Below, piece by piece: positions 54,756 through 62,516 of a stretch of 64,000 bases of DNA; position 1 is the first letter of the stretch; the number at the start of each line of letters is the position of its first letter. The stretch comes from an uncultured Anaerolineae bacterium. GTDB taxonomy: Bacteria > Chloroflexota > Anaerolineae > Aggregatilineales > UBA3940. The notes under the pieces were generated by a model, which saw only the letters and a program-made list of their open reading frames with translations, had not been told where the DNA came from and searched no databases. A program made the position numbers and the translations under genes. The stretch lies in NCBI GenBank assembly GCA_964603985.1, contig CAZRXG010000015.1:11957-75956 (forward strand). The letters run 5' to 3'.

Positions 54756-54956
54756 ATGCAGGTTCAACTGGACGGCCAGCTTGTCAGGCTGCTTCAGCGC
54801 CTCGCCGAGCAGCAGGAGCGCGGCGTTGATGAGCTTGTCAAGGAGGCGGTGGAGCAGTATCTCATCCGCCAGCAAGAGGCAGCGGAGTTCGACGCCGACA
54901 TCAGGCGCATCATGGATGAACACGCCTGGCTGCTCAAAAAACTTGCCAAGTCGTGA
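54756..54956 (+). CDS. putative antitoxin (Phd-role; RHH-like by eye) of the Doc toxin
   Basis: 66 aa, MQVQLDGQLVRLLQRLAEQQERGVDELVKEAVEQYL.... Its stop overlaps the GTG start of doc as GTGA. Confidence 0.7.
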   Translation: MQVQLDGQLVRLLQRLAEQQERGVDELVKEAVEQYLIRQQEAAEFDADIRRIMDEHAWLLKKLAKS

Positions 54957-55333
54957 CACGCTACCTCACCGCCGACGAAGTCGAGCGGATCAATGGCATG
55001 GTTCTGGGCGGCCAATCGGCGCTTCGCGACCGGGCCTTACTTGAGTCGGCTGTAGCACGCCCGGCGAGCAGCGCGTTCGGCGAGGATGCATACCCGACGA
55101 CGCTTGATAAAGCTGCTGCCCTGTTGCACTCGCTCGTGCTCAATCATCCCTTTGTGGATGGCAATAAGCGCACCGCGACCGTGGCGATGATCTACTTCCT
55201 GGAACGCAATGGCCTACGCGTCACGTGGGAGCCTGCTGAGGCGTTGGACTTCATCCTCGAAGTCGCCCAGGGCCAACATGATGTCCCTGCTATTGTGGCT
55301 TGGCTGGCAGATAATACGGAAGCCGCGCCGTAG
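54953..55333 (+). CDS. doc: Doc (death-on-curing) Fic-family toxin
   Basis: HPFVDGNKRTA motif, 126 aa, paired with the small upstream gene. Confidence 0.9.
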   Translation: MTRYLTADEVERINGMVLGGQSALRDRALLESAVARPASSAFGEDAYPTTLDKAAALLHSLVLNHPFVDGNKRTATVAMIYFLERNGLRVTWEPAEALDFILEVAQGQHDVPAIVAWLADNTEAAP

Positions 55334-55341
55334 TCCCCCGC

Positions 55342-55387
55342 CGCCGGGCCGTCTCGTCTTCTGCGCGGAGTCGTGCTATGATGGCCT
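55342..55387 (+). repeat. 46-bp perfect direct repeat, copy 2
   Basis: Identical to 54682-54727, exactly 660 bp downstream. Confidence 0.9.
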
Positions 55388-55419
55388 CGACGTGTTCATT
55401 CATACCGGGTAGCACGCAC

Positions 55420-55683
55420 ATGGAAGCCATACGCATCCGCACGACGGTCGAGGAAGGCGGCAGAATCTCCCTGGCCGACCTCCCCCTCAAACAGGGCCAG
55501 GAGGTCGAGGTCATTCTGCTGGTCGGGGCCGACGATCAGGTCCTCACGGCTCGCCAGTTGGCGGAGTCCGAGGTGGTCGGCCTGTGGGCAGATCGGGAGG
55601 ACATTCAGGACAGCGCCACCTATGCGCGGGAACTCCGCAGCCGACGTGACACCCCCTCGCGCCGGAGAAACCCGACGCGGTAA
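55420..55683 (+). CDS. orphan antitoxin-like small protein (87 aa)
   Basis: MEAIRIRTTVEEGGRISLADLPLKQGQEVEVILL...GLWADREDIQDSATYARELR resembles AbrB/DUF104-type antitoxins. No toxin gene follows. Confidence 0.5.
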   Translation: MEAIRIRTTVEEGGRISLADLPLKQGQEVEVILLVGADDQVLTARQLAESEVVGLWADREDIQDSATYARELRSRRDTPSRRRNPTR

Positions 55684-55686
55684 CTC

Positions 55687-56358
55687 ATGGCAGACTCCCC
55701 ACCCGCCCGCACGCCCGGCATCCATCCTCAAACCCTTGCCCGCGAAGGGGCCAGGGACCTGCGCTACACGCTCGCCATCCCCGCCGATTTCGCCCCCGAC
55801 CGCCCCGCGCCGCTCGTCATCGCGCTGCACTACGGCGGCCCGGTGACGCCCTTCTTCGGGCGCGGCGTGCTCGTCGACCTGGTCGAACCGGCCCTGCGTG
55901 ACCTGGGCGCGCTCATCGCTGCCCCCGACTGCCCCACCTCGGCCTGGGCCAACCCCCAGAGCGAGGGGGCCGTCGTCGCGCTGCTCGATCACCTGACCGC
56001 CGCCTACCGGATCGACCCGGCGCGCGTGATCCTGACCGGCTACAGCCTGGGCGGCATGGGGACGTGGTACATCGCCGCCCGCCACCAGGCGCGTTTTTCG
56101 GCGGCCATCCCAATCGCTGGGCAGCCCCAGCCCGACACCGCCGACTTCACCTGGACGACCCCGCTCTACGTGCTCCACAGCCGCCACGACGGGTTCATCC
56201 CCCTCGCGCCGACCGAGGAGGTGGTCGGCAGGCTGAAGGAGGCGGGCGCGCGCGTCGAGCTGGTCGTCGTCGAGGACATCACCCACTTCGAGGTGCCGGA
56301 CTTCGTGCCCCACCTGCGCGCGGCAGTCCCCTGGATCAAAAAGACCGCCTGGACGTAG
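55687..56358 (+). CDS. alpha/beta hydrolase (esterase / PHB-depolymerase-like)
   Basis: VILTGYSLGGMG nucleophile elbow. Later HSRHDGFIP and THFEV. Confidence 0.75.
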   Translation: MADSPPARTPGIHPQTLAREGARDLRYTLAIPADFAPDRPAPLVIALHYGGPVTPFFGRGVLVDLVEPALRDLGALIAAPDCPTSAWANPQSEGAVVALLDHLTAAYRIDPARVILTGYSLGGMGTWYIAARHQARFSAAIPIAGQPQPDTADFTWTTPLYVLHSRHDGFIPLAPTEEVVGRLKEAGARVELVVVEDITHFEVPDFVPHLRAAVPWIKKTAWT

Positions 56359-56458
56359 CTGGGTGTTTCAGCGCCGGGGCTGCTAACCCCCGGCGTACAC
56401 AAACCTTCCTCTAACCACGCGCCAACCGGACGCAAATTTTTGTTGTACATTTGTCCAA

Positions 56459-56486
56459 TTGACAGCCGCTTATCCTGTGCTACAAT
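56459..56486 (+). promoter_or_regulatory. strong sigma70-type promoter TTGACA-16 nt-TACAAT with extended -10 TG
   Basis: TTGACAgccgcttatcctgTGcTACAAT read directly. Confidence 0.6.
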
Positions 56487-56516
56487 GGATATAGAACGCA
56501 AGTTCTACGTGGGCCG

Positions 56517-57920
56517 GTGGGCGCGCCACGCGGCAACCCCAACCACAGGCGGGGCGCATTGATGGGCACCGGTGAGGTGCTCGCGCCGCCCCGGAGAGCA
56601 TGTCAACGACCGCATGGTCACGAGCCGGACGGCCAGCCGCCCACCGCGACGCACAGCACGCCGGGGGTACGAGACACCGTGCCCCCGGCGGCGCTGGCAA
56701 GTGAAAGGAGTGACACAATCGACAGGTTACGTTATCGCGTCTCAGATCTGCGGGCCGACCAGCGCGCCATCGCCCGGTGCGACGTGCGCTTCAAGGTCGT
56801 GGCTTGTGGACGGCGCTGGGGCAAGACGACGCTCGGCCTGGTGATGGCCGTAAACTCCGCGCGGCGCGGTCGGCGGGTGTGGTGGGTCGCGCCGACCTAC
56901 GGGCTGGCCTTCCACCCCTGGAGGGCGCTCAAGTCGGTGCTGTTCCGCGAGTGGGCGCTCAAGCTCGAAGCGGAGCGCTACATCGAGCTGAAGAACGGGG
57001 GCAACATCACCGTCAAGTCCGCCGAGGACCCGGACAGCCTGCGCGGGGTGGGGCTGGACGCGCTCGTGATCGACGAGGCGGCCTTCGTGGCCGAGGAGGC
57101 GTGGACGGCCTGCCTGCGCCCGGCGCTCGCGGATCGCAGGGGGCGGGCGTTGATGATCTCGACGCCGAAGGGACGCAACTGGTTCTACCACGCCTTTGAG
57201 CGCGGGCGTGACCCGCTGGTCGAGGATTGGCGGGCGTGGCGCTATCCGAGCGCGGCCAACCCGCTGATCGGGGATCGCGAGATCGCCGATGCGCACGCGC
57301 TGATGCCCGATCGCATCTTCAAGCAGGAGTTCGAAGCCGAGTTCATGGCCGACGGCGGTGAGGTGTTCCGCAACCTTGAGGCGGCGGCCATCGCCCCCAT
57401 CGACGCGCAGCCCACCCTCGGCCACCGCTACGTGATGGGCGTTGACTTCGCGCGTTACGAGGACTTCACCGCGCTGGTCGTGATCGACGCCGACGAGGGG
57501 GCGATGGTGGCACTGGACCGCTTCAGCGAGGTCAACTGGGGAGTGCAGCGGGCGCGCATCGCGGCGCTGGCGCGGCGGTGGGACGTGTCGATGATCCTGG
57601 CCGAGGCCAACGCGATGGGCGAGCCGAACATCGAGGCGCTGCGCGACCAGGACCTGCCGATCCAGGGCTTCACCACGACGGCGCGCAGCAAGCCGCCGCT
57701 GATTGAGGGGCTGGTGGTGGCGATTGAGAACGAGGATCTCAGACTGCTGCCCGACCCGGTGCTGTTGGGCGAGTTGGAGAGCTTCGCTTACAGCAACACG
57801 CCCTTTGGGACGCAGTACGGCGCGCCGCCGGGCCGCCACGACGACACGGTGATCGCGCTGGCGCTGGCGTGGCGGCTGGCCTCGGTGCCCAGGTTGACGC
57901 TGGCGATTGCGGTGGTGTGA
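56517..57920 (+). CDS. phage terminase large subunit (orphan); true start uncertain, probably near 56680-56720
   Basis: Walker A VACGRRWGKTT, Walker B ALVIDEAAF, STPKGRNWF. C-terminal RNaseH-like nuclease with VMGVDFA and HDDTVIALALA. The first roughly 60 codons are Arg/Pro-rich and unlikely to be coding. Confidence 0.8.
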   Translation: MGAPRGNPNHRRGALMGTGEVLAPPRRACQRPHGHEPDGQPPTATHSTPGVRDTVPPAALASERSDTIDRLRYRVSDLRADQRAIARCDVRFKVVACGRRWGKTTLGLVMAVNSARRGRRVWWVAPTYGLAFHPWRALKSVLFREWALKLEAERYIELKNGGNITVKSAEDPDSLRGVGLDALVIDEAAFVAEEAWTACLRPALADRRGRALMISTPKGRNWFYHAFERGRDPLVEDWRAWRYPSAANPLIGDREIADAHALMPDRIFKQEFEAEFMADGGEVFRNLEAAAIAPIDAQPTLGHRYVMGVDFARYEDFTALVVIDADEGAMVALDRFSEVNWGVQRARIAALARRWDVSMILAEANAMGEPNIEALRDQDLPIQGFTTTARSKPPLIEGLVVAIENEDLRLLPDPVLLGELESFAYSNTPFGTQYGAPPGRHDDTVIALALAWRLASVPRLTLAIAVV

Positions 57921-58017
57921 GGGGGGTATGTTGCACAGGCACCCTGGCGAGAGTATAGTTGTGAACAAGCTCTGTCCCTTTGCGAATTCAGACAGGCGTT
58001 GGCTTCGCGGGTGCTTG

Positions 58018-58779
58018 ATGGCCGATCTAGCCAGAATCAAATATCGCCACTCCCCCATCATAGAGGTTGTGTGTGAGTTCCGCTTTGTCTCAGACGCACG
58101 GTGGGATGCGGCCGTTCCTGACCGGATCTACGACCGGATCAAGGGCGTATTTCCGGGGAAGAGGAAGGCCCAGGTGGTCGAAAGCATAACCGGGGTGGCA
58201 CATGAGGCTGGCGTTGAGCAGAAAGTAACCATAATTGAGCGCCAACAGTTCCTGCGGGAAGATGAAACTGCATTCGTTCAGGTCAGCCCCAACTTTCTGG
58301 CAATCAACCATCTCAAACCGTATCCTACCTGGGAGAAGTACTTACCGTTAATAAGGCATGCGTTCGAGGCTTACGTTGGCGCGGCGCAACCGCAGGGGCT
58401 GCACCGCATTGGGCTGCGGTACATTAACCGGATCGAGTTTGAGGCCAAGAAGACGTACCTGGAAGAACACTTCAAGTTCCGACCGCAGCACCCATCCATG
58501 TCCGAGGTCAGGTTTGAAGCATTCCTGGTTGGGCTGGACGTGGTATATGAAGAGGAGCGCGACCGGTTGAGAATGCAATTGGCCAGCTCACCGCCTGAAT
58601 CACCGGGTAAGCTCGTGGCGATCTTTGACCTCGACTATTCGCTCGTCCAGGCTGAGGCGGTATCGCTGGACGAGGCAATCGGCTGGGTGGATAAAACAGC
58701 TCACTCGCGCATACAGCAGGCTTTTGAGGACTGTCTTACTCAGGATCTGAAGAACAGGTTTGAACCGGAACAGGAGTGA
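58018..58779 (+). CDS. TIGR04255-like uncharacterised protein
   Basis: MADLARIKYRHSPIIEVVCEFRF... matches my recollection of the TIGR04255 N-terminus (Y.n.Pl.EV..E.RF). Lower GC. The family call is unverified. Confidence 0.6.
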   Translation: MADLARIKYRHSPIIEVVCEFRFVSDARWDAAVPDRIYDRIKGVFPGKRKAQVVESITGVAHEAGVEQKVTIIERQQFLREDETAFVQVSPNFLAINHLKPYPTWEKYLPLIRHAFEAYVGAAQPQGLHRIGLRYINRIEFEAKKTYLEEHFKFRPQHPSMSEVRFEAFLVGLDVVYEEERDRLRMQLASSPPESPGKLVAIFDLDYSLVQAEAVSLDEAIGWVDKTAHSRIQQAFEDCLTQDLKNRFEPEQE

Positions 58780-58785
58780 GTCATC

Positions 58786-59199
58786 TTGCAGGCTTTTACT
58801 CCCTCAAGGTGGTACATACCATCGCCCACCACGAGCCATACTAAGCCGGAACTTGCAATCGATCCAACCGACCGGGCCTGGCCAAGTATTGAGGGCTTCT
58901 ACACCGTCCAGGATGAGGACACCATATTTGCTTTTCTAAGAAAACATCCGGAGATCAATGTTCTGCTTATAGAGGCACGCCGACCGCTCAGCAAACTCTT
59001 TGGCCCCAACCCGCAAGTAGAACTCCGGGTAGTCTCTGACCCGGAGGCAGAGGGGTTCGAAGAGCTGTTCGGCTATATCAGGACATCTCTACCGGTTGAG
59101 GAAGCCCTTGCACAACTCGATGCGTTCGATGAAGCTTGGTTGCTAAATGCCCTCGACAGAGCCAATGGGAAGCTCAACTTTAACCTTATTTTCCAATGA
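58786..59199 (+). CDS. hypothetical protein (137 aa) translationally coupled to the HEPN gene
   Basis: TTG start 7 nt after the upstream stop. Its stop overlaps the next ATG as ATGA. No nucleotidyltransferase (GS..G / DxD) motif seen. Confidence 0.5.
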   Translation: MQAFTPSRWYIPSPTTSHTKPELAIDPTDRAWPSIEGFYTVQDEDTIFAFLRKHPEINVLLIEARRPLSKLFGPNPQVELRVVSDPEAEGFEELFGYIRTSLPVEEALAQLDAFDEAWLLNALDRANGKLNFNLIFQ

Positions 59200-59573
59200 G
59201 TTTTGACTGGTCGGACTATCTCTCGCTGGCCGAATCTCTGTCTCAACACCCCGAAGCCCCCGGTCCCGAAGAAGCCGCCCTTCGTGCGGCCATCAGCCGG
59301 GCATATTATGCAGCCCACTGTACGGCCCGTAATTTCGCACGCAGCCGGGGGATCACCCTGACTAGAACGGGGCGCGATCATCAACTGGTTATCGACTATT
59401 TCAAGGAATCAAAGGACAAGGGAAGAAAAAGCATCGGTCTCTGGTTAGACCGTCTGCGCGATGATCGAAATAAAGCTGACTACGACGACACGCTGACCGG
59501 CGATCCCAGGTTACAGGCCCAATCCTCGGTAGCTCAAGCCAGGAGTGTCCTCACGAAGCTCAATACCCTTTGA
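59196..59573 (+). CDS. HEPN domain protein (UPF0332-like)
   Basis: ...AISRAYYAAHCTARNFARSRGI......DHQLVIDYF............WLDRLRDDRNKADYDD matches the HEPN/UPF0332 pattern sRaYYa.fhaa.alL...gi....H..v...F...l...R...DY. Confidence 0.65.
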   Translation: MSFDWSDYLSLAESLSQHPEAPGPEEAALRAAISRAYYAAHCTARNFARSRGITLTRTGRDHQLVIDYFKESKDKGRKSIGLWLDRLRDDRNKADYDDTLTGDPRLQAQSSVAQARSVLTKLNTL

Positions 59574-59645
59574 TCAGCCAAAAACCTCCTTTAACCCGGA
59601 GGCCGATCCTCCGGAGAAGGTCATAGTGAGAGCAGCTGCCAGCCC

Positions 59646-61208
59646 TCACCGCCTGCGCAATAGCAGCGCCATGATAGCCAGCACCAGCGCGATGCTGCCC
59701 AGCGTGATCCCCAGGTAAGGCGCCGTCTGCGTGACGGTGATCCCGGTCAGTGCGAGGATCAAATCGGCCAGCGCCGCGCCGGTCAGGATCCCCGCCAGCC
59801 AGTTGAGGAACTCGGTGGCGCGCGCCTCGCGGTAATCGTGGAACTCGCTGGCGTAGCTGAGCAAAAGCTCCTGCTTGCACTCGAAGCGCTCGGCCAGTTG
59901 GTCGAGCTTGTGATAGCTTCCTGCCCGCTCCAGGAACTCGACGCGGGTGGCGAAGGGCGTGATGCCCTCGCGGTACTGCACCAGGTCGGCCAGCGCGCCC
60001 TGGAGCGCGGCGATCATCGCGCGGCGGTGCGGCGTGGGGGCGGCGGCCAGCGCGTCGAGGCGCTGGATGTAGGAGCGCAGGATGGCGTCCTGCAGGTAGA
60101 CCCACTCCAGCAGGACGGTGTAGTGAGCGTAGAGGTAGGTGACGGCGTGTTCGGCGTCCAGACGCAGGCGCTTCTCCAGGCCGGGCAGGATGCCGGACAG
60201 CAGGTCGTTGTAGAGGATCAGCTCGCTGTTGCCCAGCAGGTAGACCGCCGCCTCGCTGTCCACGCTCAGATTGTCGGCTAGCTCGCGCTCGACCAGCCAC
60301 CCGGCGCGCTCGTGGTAGAAGGTGTCCATCGCGCCGATGCCGCGCAGTGGGGCGGCGTGCCCGGCGATGAAGGCCGGGAAGTCGGCGGCGGCAGGTGGGT
60401 CGGTTTCGAGCAGCACGACGGTCGTCGAGCCGGTGGGGCGCGGGGCCTCGCCGAGGACGGCCTGCTGCCGCTCCTGGTGCTTGCGCTGACGGCGTCTGCG
60501 CGGCGGCGCGGTGGACTCGTAGCGCGCGCTCAGGCGGGCGGCCATGACCTGTGCAACGTCGCGCAGGCTGGCGACGGCCAGGTGCCAGCCGGGGGTGTCC
60601 TCGACGATCAGGGAGATGTGGGCCGTCGAGGGGTCGGCGGGCAGCACGGCCCGCCAGTCGGCTGACAGGTTGAGCAGTTGCTGGCTGATGCCCAGCCGCA
60701 CCAGCTCGATAGCCTGCTCCGGCGTGTAGCCGGGAGCAGCCTCACCGGTGGGGGCGTCAAATGAGGCGTGGTACTCCATGATGCCCACCCCGGCCCGGTG
60801 GAGCAGCAGGAAAGGCGTGATCGCGATCCACGCGCTCGCTTCGTCGGCCTCCAGTGCGGCCTCCACAACCTGGCCGGGCATGAGTGCGTCGGGTGGACGG
60901 CGATGCCTGTCGCAGGCCGTGCGCAGGCTTGCCATCTCAAAGGATGCGAACTGGAATCGCAGCAGGTCGTCGTAGCCGATGCTGGCCACGTTGCGCGAGA
61001 CGCGCTCCAGCACGCGCAGTCCGGGGGGCTGGACGTTGCGGGGCGAGAGGCGGTCGGCGTGATAGCAGGGCAGGGGGGTCAGGCGCTCGCGGCTGCCTTC
61101 GAGGAAGTCGGGCAGTGGGTCGGCGACGACGAAGGTATTGCGCCAGATGACGTGCATTTGCCGGACGCGCAGGGTGGGCGCGGGCGTGGATTCGGGTTGA
61201 ACGGTCAT
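59646..61208 (-). CDS. hypothetical 520-aa protein with two C-terminal TM helices (CorA-like topology, no GMN motif)
   Basis: Long ORF with normal composition. C-terminus FLNWLAGILTGAALADLILAL ... LGITLGSIALVLAIMALLL. Confidence 0.65.
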   Translation of the reverse strand: MTVQPESTPAPTLRVRQMHVIWRNTFVVADPLPDFLEGSRERLTPLPCYHADRLSPRNVQPPGLRVLERVSRNVASIGYDDLLRFQFASFEMASLRTACDRHRRPPDALMPGQVVEAALEADEASAWIAITPFLLLHRAGVGIMEYHASFDAPTGEAAPGYTPEQAIELVRLGISQQLLNLSADWRAVLPADPSTAHISLIVEDTPGWHLAVASLRDVAQVMAARLSARYESTAPPRRRRQRKHQERQQAVLGEAPRPTGSTTVVLLETDPPAAADFPAFIAGHAAPLRGIGAMDTFYHERAGWLVERELADNLSVDSEAAVYLLGNSELILYNDLLSGILPGLEKRLRLDAEHAVTYLYAHYTVLLEWVYLQDAILRSYIQRLDALAAAPTPHRRAMIAALQGALADLVQYREGITPFATRVEFLERAGSYHKLDQLAERFECKQELLLSYASEFHDYREARATEFLNWLAGILTGAALADLILALTGITVTQTAPYLGITLGSIALVLAIMALLLRRR

Positions 61209-61377
61209 GGTTACCTCGCGGAATCAAAAGGCCGCAGCCTGGATGGGGATTATCATCTGGTGCCATTGTATGCGTCCTGGCGTGGGTGGCAAATGGGCGG
61301 AATTGGCAAGAGCGGCAGGCGATTCTACAATCGGGTGGAAGCGATACAGGCCGATCACCACAAAGGAGGGCTACTGT

Positions 61378-61608
61378 ATGCATAAATGGGAGTACCTGAT
61401 CATCACCTACGACCATGCCAATGACGCCTGGCGACCGCGCTACGCCAGGGGACGGGAGATGCCCGACTGGGAGACGGGGCCGACCTCGCATCAGTTCATG
61501 GACCAGCTCGGCGAGCAAGGCTGGGAGTGCTTCGACGTGGAGATCACGCGCGATGGCAAGGGCGAAGTTCGCTCGTACTGGATGTACTTCAAGCGGGCCC
61601 GGACGTAG
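61378..61608 (+). CDS. DUF4177-like small protein (76 aa)
   Basis: AAGGAGGG SD. MHKWEYLIITY...QFMDQLGEQGWE... is the typical DUF4177 pattern. Confidence 0.65.
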   Translation: MHKWEYLIITYDHANDAWRPRYARGREMPDWETGPTSHQFMDQLGEQGWECFDVEITRDGKGEVRSYWMYFKRART

Positions 61609-61654
61609 GCCGGACGGAGCGCCGCGCGGGGGCGGGATGGCGTGCGCCCCGTGC

Positions 61655-62410
61655 TCACAGGTCGAGATCGGCCAACCAGTCGAGGATCTGGCGCTGTAAC
61701 CAGGGACGGTGCCAGGTGAAGGAGTGATTGGCCTCCGGGTGGACGGCCAGCCTGCGCGGCTCACCGGCCCGCTCGAAGAGGGCCTCCGACTGCTCGACCG
61801 GCACCGCCTCGTCGCCCTGGCCGTAGATGACGAGCAGCGGGCGCGGGGCCAGCCGTGCGACCTGCTCGACCGGCGCGTAGGCGGCGTCCAGCTCCCGCCA
61901 CTGGGCGACGAGCGCGTCGGGCGTCAGGCCGGGCAGCCAGGGTGTGAACTCGGTGGCGGCGACCTCGGCGATGGCTGCCGTGAAGTCGGGGCGGCGGGGG
62001 TCGGTCACGCTCCCGTAGATGGCGACGGCGCGGGCGCGCGGGTCGGCTGCGGCGGCCAGGATGGCGGCCCAGCCGCCCATGCTGTGGCCGATCAGCACCA
62101 GGCGTGCCGGGTCAACCTGGGGATAGCGCCCGCTGCTCAGATCGTCGAGCGCGGCGTGCACGTCGTCGGGGATGGTCTTGAAGGTGTAAAGGCCCTGGCT
62201 GCCCCAGCAGCCCCGGTAGTGGAAGATCAGGCTGTTCCAGCCGTCGTCGCGCAGAGCGTGGGCCAGGTCGTAGTTCTTCTCGATGCCGGGCAGGCCGTGC
62301 AGGATCACGGCGGTCGGCTTGGGATCGTCGCCCTGGGCCAGGAAGAGGCTGCCCAGCAGGCGGTAGCCGCCGCTGTCAAAGGTGACGCCGATCTGGCCTT
62401 CGTGTGGCAT
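61655..62410 (-). CDS. alpha/beta hydrolase
   Basis: VILHGLPG..., nucleophile elbow LIGHSMGG, C-terminal ...PEANHSF. Confidence 0.8.
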   Translation of the reverse strand: MPHEGQIGVTFDSGGYRLLGSLFLAQGDDPKPTAVILHGLPGIEKNYDLAHALRDDGWNSLIFHYRGCWGSQGLYTFKTIPDDVHAALDDLSSGRYPQVDPARLVLIGHSMGGWAAILAAAADPRARAVAIYGSVTDPRRPDFTAAIAEVAATEFTPWLPGLTPDALVAQWRELDAAYAPVEQVARLAPRPLLVIYGQGDEAVPVEQSEALFERAGEPRRLAVHPEANHSFTWHRPWLQRQILDWLADLDL

Positions 62411-62516
62411 GGGGGTGTCCTTTCACCGGTAGGCCCTCATTCTGCGAGGGATGGGGACAAGGCGCTCGTGAGCGTGGGTATATTATGGCACCGGGTGTAA
62501 AATCGGGAAAACGCAA

